Source: Vicugna vicugna
Taxonomy: Eukaryota
NCBI GenBank assembly: GCA_013265495.1
Contig: MU057398.1
Span: forward strand, 434,001-498,000
Direction of reading: 5' to 3'
Length of the DNA: 64,000 nucleotides
In this document: positions 33,801 to 47,199 of the stretch, one piece after another
Position numbering within the stretch: position 1 is the stretch's first letter
Layout of the letters: every line of letters begins with the position of its first letter
Made by a program: the position numbers and the translations under genes
Notes under the pieces: model-generated
The model's input: the letters and a program-made list of their open reading frames with translations, nothing else
Database searches by the model: none
Told to the model about the DNA's origin: nothing

Positions 33801-36800
33801 TCGCCATTGGGCAAGGGCCTGGCGGGAGACAGGGTTGGCACAGGCCACACCCCCACACCCCCGCAGCGAGGTGGCGGCCCCGGGGCTGCGGAGGGCGGGG
33901 CCCGGGGCGCTCGCCCCGCCCCCGCCGGCGCCCAGCCGCAGACAAAGAACGCGCTAAAGAGCAGGGTGCAAAAAAGGTGGCGGCGGTGCAAGAAAGGCTG
34001 GCCGTCCCGGTGCCGTCCCCATCCCGCGCTAGCAGCCGGAAAGGGGGGCGCGAATCCTCTCCGAGCTCTCTCTCTCCTCCCCTTCCGTCCCCACCGCGTG
34101 CTGGAGTGGATCTCCCCGCCCTGCTCTAGGGGGCCTGGCGCGGCTCTGCAAGGGGCTTCCCAAATATTCTGATCTGGAATCTCCGGGCAGGCGAGAAAGG
34201 GGAAGGGGAAACTGAGTAAAGAGCCCTGGCCCGGGTGACTGGGGGTCCCGGGGGTTCCTGCGCGTGGCTCCCTGGGAAGCCTGGGGAACGCTCTTTTCAT
34301 TGAGGGTAACGCGAGGAGGCGGGGCTAACTACATTTCTAAGGGCGCCCACGATTGGGTTGACTCTCCCAACCCCACTCTGCGGATCAGGACATCGAGGCT
34401 AGGAGAGAACCGACACCGGAAGTTACCCTCTGCCCCGGGGCCCACTTCCACCCGCCCTCTCAGCTCCTCAGCTCCGCTGTCAGGAGGGTCCAGGGAACAC
34501 TTTGGACGCAGCTATGTCTCTGACTACCCGGACCAGGACAAGTGTTCTGGGGACCTCCAAATCGACAGAGCATGGGCCGAGAAAGGAGAAGCCCAGAGAA
34601 GGGCAGCCAGAGCCAAGGGCAGGCATCGTGCATGCCCGTCTTTTCAGAGACCCAGCAGAAGTCCTTATTCATGTTTTTCCAAATCTGGATTTCAAAAATT
34701 GTCCACCTACAGTAAGTTGGAACGTCTGACAGTGGACATCTGCATTCCCTTCACCCACATCTCCCCAGAGTGCACGTTCTCCACACATTCACATGGAAAA
34801 GGTGGGCACCAAAGCTTTCCTTCCCTGGGGAACCACCCTTAAGATGCTCATGGATTTAGCACTGACACAATTAGCACTTCTACATCTCTCCAGTTGTACC
34901 ACAAATAGCACTTTTTTTTTCTTTTTTAACTTTCATGACATTGACCTCTTGGAGAGTCCAGGACAGTTACCTTATAGAAGAGTCTCAGACTCTGCATTTG
35001 CCTGATTCCTTCCTCGTTAGATTCAGCTTAAACGTTTTGAGGAGAGCACCACCCAGAGCATTCTGTGTCCTTCCCCCTTCCCCCTAACAGCATGAATGGG
35101 GGGCCAGGTGACTCGGTTTGATCACCTGGTCAAGGTGGTACCTGCCAGGTCTCCCCTTGTAAAGCTGCATTTTCCCTTCCCAATGCGTGAGGAATCTGGG
35201 GTCATACCCGGAGACCCTGTGACTTTCTTGTTCCCCAACAAACTTTATCGAATGCTTTTACCACCCAAGGATGCTCCCCACCTGAATGAATTGCACTGAT
35301 GGCTGCAAAATGCCTGAATTTGTAAAAATTCTAGCCGGGACACAGCGCTACACTCCATCCGCATGTGACTAGCTCAGTGAATGGCATGCCCCTAGTCAAG
35401 GCTGCTTGGGCAAGCCATATTATCCACCCCCAGAACTCAGAGCCCACTCTTTCTGTCCGGGGCAGGAATGAGAGAAGGAAGCCCAGGAGGACTTCATCTC
35501 AAAGGACTTTTTAGTAGTTTGGGGGTGGTGTGTGTCTGGTACCCATGTAAGCTACTACCCGTATGTATGTTGGTAAGGATGTGGGTGATGTCAAAGTTAG
35601 CTGCATGTGGCATGGAGGAGCAGATTATGTCCCTGGGGTCCCCAATTGGGCAGTCCTGGAAACTAACTTGATTGGTCTGAGGTAAGACCTTGTGTCTTAT
35701 TTGTAATAAACTCACCTCCTAGGTGATGTTGACATAATTTGGGGCTTCACTAATTTATCTCTAGTCCTGCCCGAGGTCCTTGCTACTCAGAGTATAGTCT
35801 GAGGACTGGCAGCATGGACATCACCTGGGAACTTGGTAATAATGCAGAATCCCAGGCCCTACTCTGGACCTGCTGCAGCAGATCCCCGCATTTTAACAAG
35901 GGCCTCAGGGTAGAGTCATGCTAGCCCAGAGTGCCCCCTGGAGGAACCAGGGAGGACTTGCACATACCTGGACAGGATTTCAACACTGCGCAAGGGCTTG
36001 GGAGAGAGTCTCTCCTCCCCTCCCCTCCCCTCCGCCTCCCCTCTTCCCTTTCCCCAACCTAAAGATGCAGACTGGGTGGGTGGTGTCTACCCAGGGTAAG
36101 GCTGAAATCTGATCCACCTGCCCTGGCCCCTGCCCCACCTTTCCAGGGACTGGCAGGCCTTTCTGAAGTCTGAAGAGACTGGGAATGAGGGATGCCCCAA
36201 AGGCTGCTCTTATGAAAAAGCAGAGCAAGTCCTGAGGTCTTCATTAAGATCAGTCTTTGGGTGTATGCTAACAGCTTCCCAGTCACCAAGGATGGCAACT
36301 GAAAACATCCTCCCATTCACCCACCCCGGGGCCAACCTGGCTGTCCCAAAGGCAGCTCCCCATCACGTAGTAATCAAAATATTCTTTATGGAGTGCTTTT
36401 CATTTCTGCTGTTCAAAGCAAGCATGAGGAAGAGAGAGACTGAACTACAAAGTCAGCTCCCAGCTCCAGCTTCTCGGTCTTCTTTTGGCTTGCTCGGCTC
36501 ATGTGCAGAAAGACCGAAAAAGACCAAATATGCCGTCACTTTGGTATCTGTCCATCTCCTAATATTGGGCATTCTTCTGTCACTGGACATTAATTGGGCC
36601 ATGTTCATGAATAATGCCTTCTCCATCCAATTTACACGCCTTGCCGACTGACCAAAAGGCCTGATAGCAGCAACTCCACCCCCACCCAAATGAGATCCCA
36701 GGAGAACCAGTGCCATGCTGATTGCCCAATGGCAATGACCCCAGGAGGCAAGTACTCTTTATTCTCACATAGCAGGTGAGGAAGCTGAGGCACTGAGCCA

Positions 36801-39800
36801 GTGAGCCATTCAGTATCCCCACATCACACTGTCTTCCCTGGCAGGGACCCTGAAGTAAAAGGAAAGAAAGATCCACTCAGCCCCACCAGGGGCCCATGCT
36901 GGGCAAAGTGGTCTCATGTGCTTTTCTTGCTTTTCTTCCTTTGGTGCATAGATTTCTTGTTTTGAAAGCTTTACTGGGACATAACTGTCATATGAACAGC
37001 TGCACATAATTAGTGTTCAGTGTGAAAAGTTTTGATATGACGTATGTATACATCTGTGAAACCATCACCTGGATCAAGATAGTGAACATTTCCAGCATCC
37101 CCAAAAGAAGTGATCTCATGCCCCTATGTCATCCCTCCCTCCCACCCATCCCTGCAAAAACTGATCTGCTTTCTGTCACTATAGATTAGTTTGCATTTTG
37201 TAGAATTTTCTAGCAATGGCTCAAGACAGATCCACGATGGGGGGGGGGCAAAGTGTCAGAGAGGACACAGGCCCTTTCCAGGAGCACCAGGAAAGGCTCT
37301 TGGCAGGGGTCCTGTGCCTCAGTGCTAGGTGACCACACTACCTCCCTTTCTGCCCTTTGTGACATGGCTCCTTCCTCCTCCTAACTCAACATGCATGACC
37401 CTGCCCCCACTCAGGGTCACTTCCAGATTTTTTCAAGCTCTCCCTGCACCCACCCCCCTGCATTGCTTACACTAGGTTAAGTATCCTTGGAGGACAGGAC
37501 TGGGATAATGGAAATGGAGCCAGAGCTCTAACTTGCTGCACTTTAAGGGCCTGGGATAGGCAGTATCGATAGAATAAAGAGCTAACACCACGTGATCATC
37601 TCAATAGCCACAGAAAAAGCGTTTGACAAAATCTAATGACACTTTATGATAAAAAAAAAAAACACTCAAACTAGGAATAGAAGGGAACGTCCTCAACCTG
37701 ATAAAGAGCATCTATTAAAAACCTACAGCTCACTTCGTACTTACTGGTCAAAGACTGGAAGCTTCCTCTTAGATCAGAAACAAGGCAAGGATGCCCACTC
37801 TCACCACTTCTATTCAACCTTGGACTAGAGGTGCTAGCCAGAGCAAATGGGCAAGAAAAAGAAATAAAAGGCATCCAGATTGGAAAGAAAGTAAAACTAC
37901 CTCTATTTATATATAGAAAATCCTGAAGAATCCACTAAGTGAAAAAACGATTGGAGCAAATAAATGAGTTTAGTAAGACTGTAAGATACATGACCAATAT
38001 ACAAAAATACATACAATAGAAATACAGTAGTAATGGGAAGGATGAAAAGGAAATTAAGTAAATAATTCTACTTACTAGAGCATCATAAAGAATAAAATCC
38101 TCACGAATAAATTTAACAAAAGTGCAAAACATCAGTGAAGAAACTGAAGATCCACGTAAAAAGACACCCCATGTTCATGGGTAGTACGTCCCCACGTTGA
38201 TATATAAATTCAATGCAATTCCTACAAAATCACAGCTGCCTTTTCAGAAACTGACTAGTTGATCCTAAAATCCATGTGGAAACTCAAGTGACCCAGAATA
38301 GACAAAACAATCATGAAAGGTACAAAGTTGGAGGACTCACACTTCCAAATTTACTTACAAAGCTATAGTAAAAGCAGAGTGTCACTGACATTTCTCTAGA
38401 AAAGACACACAAACAGCCAGAAGCACATGAAAAGATGCTCATTTGGAAAGCACAATGAGATACCACGGCAAACACGACGATGGCTGTCATCAATAAGAGG
38501 TGCAGGGGAGGATGTGAAGAAACTAGAATCCTCTTATATTGCGGATGGGAATGTAAAATGGTGCAGCTCCTGTGGAAAACAGTTTGGCAGCTCCTTAATA
38601 TATTAAACATAATTACCATATGATCCAGCAATTCCACTTCTGAACATACACCCAAAAGAATTGAAAGCAAGGTTTCAGACAGATATTTGTACACTCGTGT
38701 TCACAGCAGCATTATTTACAATAGCAAAAAGGAGGATATAAGCCAAATGTCCACCAATGGATGAACAGATAAATAGCATGTGGCATAGCCATGCAATGGA
38801 ATATCATTCAGCAATAAAAAGAAATTTAGTATTGACACATGCTACCACATGGATGAACCTTAAAAACATGATTAGGGAAAGAAGCCAGACACATAAGGTC
38901 ACATATCATATGGTTTCATTCAGATGAAATACCTGGAGAGGCAAATTCATAGAGAAGTAGATTAGTGGTTACCAGAGTCTAGGAGGTATTGGGGGAAATG
39001 GGTATATGACTGCTACTGGGTACAGGGTTTCTTTTTACAGTGATGAAAATGTTCTAGAATTAGATGCTAGTGACGGTTGCACAACTCTCTGAATATACTA
39101 AAATACACCTCTGGGGATCTGGGAAGGGGCTCCAGGGAGTCCTGGCGTTCGGGAGTTACATGGCAAGTGGCGAAAGTGTACTTGTGCGTTTCTCTGGGCT
39201 GCATTATCTCGGTGGGGTCCCCTATTCTGCTGAGATGAAGGGGCCACGGGCAGGTATGGATGAGACGGGGAGAAGCACCTCTGAAGCTAGAAAGCACCAG
39301 TGTTCGAGAAAGGAGGCAGGCCAGGGGTCCTGGAAGCTGACTGGTCTTTTGAAACAGCTTCCTTCCCCTCTAAAAAGAGGTTCAAGCCAGGAGCTGTCCC
39401 TGCTTTCCAGATTTCTTCTTATTCAAATCTCTTTCATCTCCCCTTAATTTTAAAGGATAATTCCTTTTTTAAGATTGAACTCAGTCTGTGATTCTGTCCA
39501 GACTTCTGCAAGAGCTAGAAAAGGGAAGCAGCATCCCCAGGGGCTGGCCAGCAGTGGCAGCTGGCGGACGGCAGCCCCCCTCCTGGGGCCCTACTTGCCC
39601 AGAGCTTGGGGCTCTCTCCAGAAGCAAAGCCTGGCCCAGAACTTTCCTGCCCAGGTTCACCTCAAGCCCTGCTCCAACATGGAGACTCCCTGAAGGCTGT
39701 CCCAGCCAGACCTGTGGCCGCCTCCCTCCCACTACCATGGGGAGGCCCAAGGGTCACAGAAGTGTCGCCTCCCAATCATGGTTCATTTCAGGCCTGTAGT

Positions 39801-41575
39801 GCAGGGCAGGCCGCCGTCCACCGTCCACAAACCCCGACGGGGTTTGCCTTTCACCAAGTACTACATCAGTTCCTCTCCGAGGAAGGGCCACCCGCTTTGG
39901 AATTACTTGCCATTTGATGGGATGATTCCAAGAAAAGAGGCAGTGAGGATGGGATCCTACAGCCTCATCAACCAACAAACGCAGCCCACCTCCTGCCCGC
40001 AGCTCTGGTGCCCACCACTGGGATTCCAAGGGACTGCCTGGCGGCCCCAGCCTGGGCCATTCCCGAACCCGATCCCACGAGGAGCAATGGCAACGGCCAG
40101 GAAAGATTTCCAAACAGCTGGAACAAGAGATGGGAGGAAGCACGGGGGCGGGGAGTTGGCGTGGGAGGTGTGGAGGAAAAGGCAGAAAGAAGGCAGAGGG
40201 CAGCGCGTGGGGAAAGCAAAGGGCCCCGCGCGTCCCCGGAGACCTGCCCCGGAGAGCAGATGAGGAGCGCCGCCAGATTAGGGCACGATTCCCCGTCCCG
40301 CCTCACTCCGGCTCCGCTGCCGACGGCCAGAGGAACTAGGTTCACAGCACGAATGCAGGATTCCTGCGGCCTCCCCAATCCTCGATGCACTGATCCCCAC
40401 CCCCATCGTGCCCATGCCGATGCCTGTAGGGTTCCCCCTATTCTTGTAAGGAGACTCCATCCCCCTTGCCAACACTTCTCCGGCCTGCACCAGCTCCCCA
40501 GTCGTGACCAATAAACCTGGAGTAGAAGCGCATACCTGTCCGCACCCGATTTGGCCCTGGGTACCCACTCCCTGACCGTAAACTCCCTCTACTTAGCCCT
40601 GGAGGCGTCTCAGGCCACGCCATCCGGGACATTTCTCTAGACAGCTCTCAGAGCGCACACAGAAAGTACACACTCGCGGGGCCGGAGGAGCCTCCGCGCA
40701 CACACAGACGGGGCACAGGCACGCACTCACGAAGTCACGCTACTCACAGGCAAGGAAGCCTCCGGCTAAACACTGCCCGGTCCACGGCCCCCCATCTCCC
40801 CAGGCCCCGAGGCCCTGCGGGGCATAGAGCAGGCCAGGCACAGCCGCCCGCAGACTGCCCTTCCGGCATACCCGGCCGCAAAAACTCACCCGAGGCTCCC
40901 AAGGCCTGGGAACCCACCGTTTGTTTGCGCAGGGCCAGAGCGTTGAGTAGTTGCCGGGGTAGGCACCTCGACCTTGGCTGGGTGTCCACGGGGCCCTGGG
41001 GCGGCCTGCGCGCTCCTGCACCCTTGGCCCATGGGGACCTGGGTTTGGCTCCCCCACCTCAGCACGCAGCGGGCTCCTATCTCCCTCCCCCTCCCTAGGT
41101 CCAGTGGGGCGAGCGTGTGCTGAGAACCGAGGCGGTTGCTATGCAACCCCCATCCCGCGCCGGCGCCGGCAACACAGCGTTTCCCCGCTCGCGGGCCTAG
41201 GGTGCAAGCGCACCGGACCCGGGTCGAGCCCAACTTCCCGACTCGGGCCGATCTGGACCCAGACCTCGCGTCCCAATCTACTCCGGGCGCCTAAGGGATG
41301 CGCCCCGCCCCTATCCCCACGCAGTTACCCACCCCCCATCTGTGCCTAGTTCCCACGGAGCACCAACACCCAGCAGCCCCAGAAATTGAGGGCGAGGGTG
41401 GCTCCCTATCGCTTCCTCTTCGAGCCCTCCTGCCCCTCCACCAGGCCCAGCACCCGGGCCAGCTCTTCCCCAGGTGGCGCCCACACCCCTCGCCTCACCG
41501 GCCCAGCCGCCCTACCTGAAGCATCACTTTGTACTGCTCCTCCGGTTTCTGGACCACGCACATATTACATCCCAT
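18892..41575 (-). CDS. PDZD4: PDZ domain-containing protein 4, 777 aa
   Basis: Exons 41575-41516 ([20 protein letters not shown]), 24187-23934, 22817-22727, 22280-22182, 21570-21508, 21054-20953, 20715-20605 and 20445-18892 total 2334 nt, all GT-AG. The protein has a PDZ domain (DKLGLMVCY...[21 protein letters not shown]) and the PDZRN-family C-terminus ...[10 protein letters not shown]. Confidence 0.96.
26596..26609. promoter_or_regulatory. RFX X-box motif in PDZD4 intron 1
   Basis: GTTGCTATGGAAAC matches the 14-bp X-box consensus. Confidence 0.5.
27906..28030 (+). mobile_element. Vic-1-like SINE
   Basis: 'gtgtagctcagtggtagagcatgtgcttagc...gggttcaatccccagt...aacctaatta', the same family as 6014-6162. 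Confidence 0.85.
28740..29298 (-). mobile_element. Old L1M 3' fragment
   Basis: Reverse L1 3' UTR motifs 'aagtgtacaattcagtggcatttagtgcattcac', 'gctgaataccattccat' and 'atacctagaa'. Confidence 0.75.
29309..29423 (-). mobile_element. Vic-1-like SINE
   Basis: Reverse copy with 10-bp TSD cagcattatt at 29299-29308 and 29424-29433. Confidence 0.85.
30011..30447 (-). mobile_element. Vic-1-like SINE interrupted by an L1 3'-end fragment (about 30043-30350)
   Basis: The SINE tail (30011-30040) and head (30359-30447) are separated by a reverse L1 3' UTR. tttatttattta is duplicated at 30028-30039 and 30359-30370. Confidence 0.75.
31070..32595 (+). mobile_element. Nested L1 fragments: younger L1 3' end (about 31240-32075) inside an older L1M
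   Basis: ORF2 C-terminal-like DNA ('aatgaggtatcacctcacac...agaatggcc') and a 3' UTR ending in an A-tail near 32070, flanked by more diverged L1 sequence. Confidence 0.8.
32665..32960 (-). mobile_element. L1 3' UTR fragment, lineage-specific subfamily
   Basis: Reverse complement closely matches the 3' UTR of the L1 at 49690-49890 and the fragment at 52375-52560. Confidence 0.85.
33830..34460. promoter_or_regulatory. Intragenic CpG island and candidate alternative promoter in PDZD4 intron 1
   Basis: CpG-rich, with GC boxes, ZNF143-like ACTACATTTCTAAGGGC 34328-34344, ATTGG 34352-34356 and ETS ACCGGAAGT 34415-34423. Confidence 0.7.
35778..35920. mobile_element. MER5-like hAT-Charlie DNA transposon remnant
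   Basis: 'cagcat...catcacctgggaacttg...aatgcagaatcccaggccc...gcattttaacaag' resembles MER5. Confidence 0.65.
36950..37220 (-). mobile_element. Old L1M 3' end fragment
   Basis: 'ctgatctgctttctgtcactatagattagtttgcattt..tagaatttt', a reverse L1MC-type terminus. Confidence 0.65.
37560..39110 (+). mobile_element. Degraded L1M ORF2 and 3' UTR
   Basis: A-rich ORF2 remnants ('gaaaaagcgtttgacaaaat', 'caaggatgcccactctcaccact', 'ggaggactcacacttcca') with many stops, followed by a 3' UTR. Confidence 0.85.
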
Positions 41576-42520
41576 GGTGCTGGCCGGCGAGGGAAGGAGG
41601 GCGGGAACGGGAAAACGCCTTTCACTGACCTGTGTGCGGGACCTCGGGTCCCGGGCCGGGGCCGGGGGCCATACCCTAGCGCGGGAGGCGGGCCGCCTAG
41701 CGGGGGAGGGGGGCACGCCCCCGAGAAGGGGGCAGCTCCACGCCCTTTGGGTTAACTCTTAGCTGGCTGAGGCGAGGCGCGGGCATGCTCCCTCGCACCC
41801 GACCAGGAAAAAAAAGGGCAGCGGGGGATGGGCAAGCGCGCCGGGCGTTGCTTGGCTACAGGTCCCCAGGAGGCACGGGGTCGCGCCGGGCCGCTAGGGG
41901 CCGTCAGGGGCCGTGGGCCTCGCGCCTCCCCGCCCGCGGGGCCCGCCGCTGCCGCTGCCGCTGCCGCCTCCGACTCCCGCCCATGGCCACCGGCCCCGGG
42001 AGCCTGGCCCTCGCGCTTAGCGCGGCGGCCCGATCTGACTACTGGGGGGCGGCGGCGCGGCGGCGGGCCCCGCCCCCGGCCAGGCCCGCGCCCGCGCCCG
42101 CGCTCCCGCCTCGCCCGGATCTTCAGCTCCCTCCCGGGACGACGGGCACAGCGCGCGCGCCCGCGGCGGCGGCGGCGGCGGCGGGGGAGGGGCGCGGGGA
42201 CCGGGCGCACGCGCGCGGGAGAGGGGAGCGGGGCTGGGTGGGAGAGCGAGCTGCTGGAGGCCGCGGGAGCCGGCGCGGGAGGCCGGGGGCGGGGCCTTGA
42301 CGGAGGTGGGGGTCCCTGGTTCCCCGCGATCCCCGGCGTCGGGTCTCCGAGCACCCGGCACGTTACGTGCCGCCTGCGCTGTGCCAGACTGGGAGACGGG
42401 TCCTGTTTGGTGGAGCGCCTCCCGAGATTCCCTCAGAGAGCTCGGGACCTCGGGAGGGGGCCGTGGTTTCAGCCCCTTTCCCAGGTCCTCCGCACCGCAG
42501 CCCGAATGCCTCTACCCCTC
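40600..42520 (-). promoter_or_regulatory. PDZD4 CpG-island promoter and 5' region
   Basis: Extreme GC/CpG content around the first coding exon, a (GGC)n run near 42163-42184 and X-box-like GTTGCTATGCAAC 41135-41147. Confidence 0.85.
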
Positions 42521-43314
42521 CCTCCAGCTTCATTTTAATGACTGCTTCTCTCCTTCTACGGAGCCGTTCCTTCGCTGTCGTTGAAATGAACACCTTTGTT
42601 AAAATTTTTTAAAAATTCCTTTTCAATAAGGAGAAAAAAAAAAAAGCCATGAGGTGGAGGAGGGGGTTGTGGGGAGAGTCGACCAAGCTTGGGATGCCCT
42701 GGGGCTCTCGCGTGCTCAGGACTGGCCCGAGTGGGTCTCGCTGCCTACCTGTGTCTCTCTCAGCCCCACCCTGCGCTGAAGCACATCGCTTTAACGTTCC
42801 TTCCATCTCTCCCACGACCTATCCTCCCTTCTTGGACAAGCCTGGGGAGAGAAGGACTTTGCCTGGAAAGCGGCATCGGACTGAGGGCTGGATTCCCATG
42901 GGGTGCCAGGAAGAGCTGCCAATCCCAGGCCCTCTGGCTGCAGAAGATCACTTGATTAAGTTGTTGCATGGTTCATTTCCAGGCTTTGGCAAGTGATAGA
43001 ATCATTAACCACACAGGACTGTTTAATTAGACGGCAGCGGTTGGAGAAGGCTCCTCCAAAGCCCTTCTTGCCTCCCTGACTCCTAGTTTAGAGAACAGGA
43101 AGCAGAAACTGTGGAGCTTGCCTGGGGTCCGGAGAAGTTGAGACAGGGGCTAAGGGGAAAGGTGCATATGTTAGAAAGTGGTCACAGGGGAATGAAAGCC
43201 AGTACAAGAGTACATTCTCAAATTCGTTGGCACTCGCAGCTGCTGGGACTTGACCCTGCCAGGAGCTGGCTGGATGAAGTGCATCTCAGAATTGTCTGCC
43301 TCAGACCCAAAGAG

Positions 43315-43763
43315 GGGACTGCCATACCTCAAAGGACCACAAAGCTGGTGGTTTAAAACAACAGAAATGTCTTCTTTCACAGTTCTAGAGGCCCCAAGTC
43401 CAAAATGAAGGTACTGGCAGGGCCGTGCTCCCCCTGAAGGTTCTAGGGGAGGATCCTTCTTTGCCTTGTCCTAGCTGCTTGGTGGCTCCCAACAATCTTT
43501 GGTTTTCCTTGGCTTGTAGCAGCATCACTCCATTTTTTGCCTTCATCTTCACATGGCTTTCTCCGTGTGTCTCCTCTGTGTCTGTGTCCAACTTTCCCTC
43601 TTATGAGGACACCAGTCATCAGCTTTAGGGCCCACCCAAGTCCTGCATGACCTCCTCTTAACTTGATTACATCTGCAAAGACTATAATTCCAAATAAGAT
43701 CACATTCACAGGTACCAGGGATTGGAACTTGAACTTTTGGGAAGACATAATTCTACCTGCTAC
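43315..43763 (-). mobile_element. MaLR solo LTR (MLT1-type)
   Basis: 'ttaaaacaacagaaat...cacagttctagaggc...aagtccaa...cttgattacatctgcaaagac...ttccaaataag.tcacattcacaggtacc', the MLT1 signature. Confidence 0.85.
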
Positions 43764-43999
43764 ACATAGCCAAGTCCAGATTCCAAGTCTGCAGAAATAG
43801 ACTCTGCTTCTCAATGGGAGGAGCAATAAAGTCAGGCTGTATAGTAATGTGTCTGTGCAAACCCAAATGGGAGGACTTAGTGGCCGTTTTGCCATTGACC
43901 AGAGCCTCCTCTGTCAACTAGCTTAGGTTTCCCTCGTGCTCAAATAGCATCTCTGCTAGTCTAGGTTATCTTCCTGGAAGGCTGCATCAGATCTTTCTC

Positions 44000-46450
44000 C
44001 AGTGCAGGTCTTAGCTTTACATTGCTTCCCCCTTGTTAGGCCACGACCGTACAGTTGCCTCCTTACAAAATACCAAGAGACACCCTAGTGAATCCCTGAG
44101 TTGCAGACATACTTCTAGCTCTGTTTGGAGAGCAGTAATGCTAGCTCCCGGTGAACTCAGGATCAATTGTCCTGCGAATACAGCCATCTTTTCCAGGCTG
44201 GATGGTCCTGAGTATGAGGAGACCACACTGACCAGATGGTAGGGTTCATTTCAAGTTCCACAGAGCCCTTACCGTGACCCCTTATGGAGCCAGGGCCCCC
44301 AACCTGCCTAGGAACTAGGCCCTCTAGCCCAGAAAGGCCTAAGCTTTCAGAAATGAGAAGCATACATTCCCCAAATGGGTCACTGGGGAGAGCAGCCAAT
44401 GCTATTCCCATTCCTTGGTTCACGATACCTCATATTCTGTTTACTGGGGCCACAGCATCATGCCTTAACTATTAATTCAGTGCATTTGCCACATCATGAA
44501 GTAACGTTCCCTAACCACACAGGGTTTTTTTTCTTGAGCTGCCATCTTTGCTGAGCCTTCAGTAGGCTCTGGGTGCTTCGGGTGATGCAGTATTTGGCAG
44601 GGCCAGTGGCTCCCATGGGCACATGCCTATTGTCACAACTCCTTTCTTGGAAGAAGTGCCCCTTACTCTGCAGCCCTGTTGGGTGGCATACAATGCCCAC
44701 AGTTGAGGTGTTCTGTAAGCCCTCAGGTGGATTGCTGGCAGAGATGCTGTGCAGAGAAGGCAAGTCTAAATTCAGAGTACATGCAATTATGGCTCCCTCC
44801 AGGGTAGAAGGAGCCCAGTGTAATCACCCTGCTTCCACAAGGCTGGCTGGTGCCCTTGAGTAATATCATCACATTGAGGGCTCAGTATTGGTCACTGCTC
44901 CCGTGGGTGGGGCATTCAGTGGTGGCATATGGACATCAGCCTTGGTGAGAGGCAACAGACGCTCCAGCCCTTCCACCTCAGCCACTGCCTGTGGGGGGTC
45001 CATTGCATCCTGGAGAGAAGCTGGCTGACTTCCACCAGGCAGAGACACAGGGATCCACATCCTCTTCCCGTGTACTTCCTTAGGTACACTAGTGATCTCC
45101 ACACGCCTCTTCTCCAAACCTTCTTGTCTATGACTGTGATATTGTGATTTATAATAAGAAATATATATAGTTGGTCTTCGTCCCTGTTTCTGGCACAGAG
45201 CTCCTAAAAGTCTTGGAATTTCCTAAGTGATGAAAATGATAAAAGTGTCTTTATTATGTGAATGAGGTGACTTTTAGGCCCCACCTGAGGATGGGGGTTG
45301 GTTGCCAGGGGAACCAACCATGTGATTAGAGGGTTGGAACTTTCAGTTCCACCCCCCTCCCACCTCTGGGTGAGCTGCTCTAGCAAGTTAATGGAAACTC
45401 CAGAGGGGGTTGTGGGAACCCCCCATCCATAGCTGACTCGTCAGCAGCACAGGTGATAACCTGGGCTTGCAGTTGTCATCTGAAGTGTCTGTGTGGTGGG
45501 GAGGGCAGTCTTGTGAGACTGAGCCCTTAACCTGTGGGGTCTGATGCTGTCTCCAGGGAGATAGTATCAGAATTGAGTTGAATTACAGGGCACTCAGTCA
45601 GTGTGTGAGAATTGTTTGGTGCTGGGGAAATACCCACACCGCACCTTGGAATTGGGTATGCAGACTCCTTCCTCCTGACCCCGTTTTACACCTCCTGGGT
45701 CCCTGACCAATCAGTCAAGTCATTTTCCAAGGGCATCTTTATCTCAAGCCATATCTCTCTACCAAGTGGGTAACCGAATGTACTGCTCACTGGGGAGATT
45801 TTTCCTCACCACTATCCCCAAGGGCCACCCTGAATGGGACTGTAGAGACCCATCTATGAGCCATGTCTGAGTGTTTTCCCCTCATTAGTCAGCTATAAGG
45901 AACCTCAGCCCTCAAGCCCACAGGACTGAGCAGAGGGAGAGTACCAGTGTGATGGAAGCAGGTGACCTGGGATCTTAGCTACCTGTCCATGTACCTGACT
46001 TGAGCCTTGGACCCCAGTTGGGCTGGATCCAGAAGGTGCCATCTCCCCTGGATTGCTGCTTCATTCACCTGGCCGCAGGATTCGGTGATCTGCCAATATT
46101 CATCTCATGATGGGCAGCCCCGGTCACATAGACACTTGATATCCTGTGGTCAGTCTCTAAGTCTGGACCACACGGCCCAGTAGCATGACAGCAGTTGCTT
46201 TTTGAGTGGTCTGAAGCTCTGCCACAGAAGATACATATGGCTTGGCTCCAAAACTTTCTGGGATCCTTCTGCTGAGGCTTCCCACAGACTCTGCACAGCA
46301 TCATTAGTTACCATGGACAGATCCCCTTGCACCATTAGATTGGAGCATCTTAAGGCTCTAGTGGCAGACCATCGTGTTCTGTGATCCAGACCCTCTGCAG
46401 GGCCCTTTCTTGCTCTGGGCCACACTCAGAGCAGGTCATACTTGTGCATC
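44000..46450 (-). mobile_element. Degraded ERV-L internal (pol) remnants interrupted by an LTR
   Basis: Reverse-strand fragments resemble ERVL RNase H/integrase DNA and no long ORF survives. Edges approximate. Confidence 0.55.
45135..45665 (+). mobile_element. MER21-like LTR
   Basis: Starts 'tgtgatattgtgatttataataagaaatatatat...tttctggcacagagctcctaaaa' and contains 'aaccatgtgattagagggttggaactttcag'. Confidence 0.7.
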
Positions 46451-47199
46451 CCCAGACCTGCTTGATTAGACATTCTGCCGATTTGATGATCTACCCAGCA
46501 TCATGCCAAATAAATCGCTTGTCTTGCTTAAGTTAGAATCAGTTTCTTGCTGCCATCAAAAAATCCTAACATACAAAACCCTCTGCGAGTGTGGGAGAGG
46601 AACATCAGAGACAGTCAGTTGATCCAGAGGCAACTACTTTGATCTGAGCTCAGCAGTGAGGAGGAGGGCAGATATGGCAGGTAGCTGGGCTGAAGCAGAA
46701 CAGCATGCTCAAGAGACAGACAGCTGTCACCACCAGAACTCCATGGCCACCATAGCATTCTTTAACCCTAAGGTGGGTATAAACCAGTTTCTTATCTGGA
46801 CTGGTCCTATCGGGACTCTGTGCTTCTTCCCCTCCATGCCCTGAAGCTTGGACCTGCTGAGGACACCACGTCACCCCACAGAAACATTCTACTCCAATCC
46901 ACCTCGGATGGCTGCAAAGAAGTCAGGAACCCAATCTCCTATTTTTCCACTGGTTGTACAGTCCCTGCCTGGTATCCACCCCAGCCCTGCCAGACACCCA
47001 CCGGGAAGCCCCAATTCCCAGTAGTAACTCATGACTTTGCCTACTTGCTTCCTCAAGACGGGAACTCCCAGAGGAGCAGAGGCCAGACCACAGCCCAGAA
47101 ACTCTGTCCAGCCTCTTATCTCCAGGGAGCTTTGTCATCTGTCATCCTAGAGTGAAGAGGTTGCCCTCTCCTAATGCAGCCACAACCTCTGTATTTGCC

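Noticed and set aside
41752..42538. Several 170-240-aa Arg/Pro/Gly-rich ORFs
   Set aside because: CpG-island sequence is depleted of stop codons, and the translations are low-complexity on both strands.
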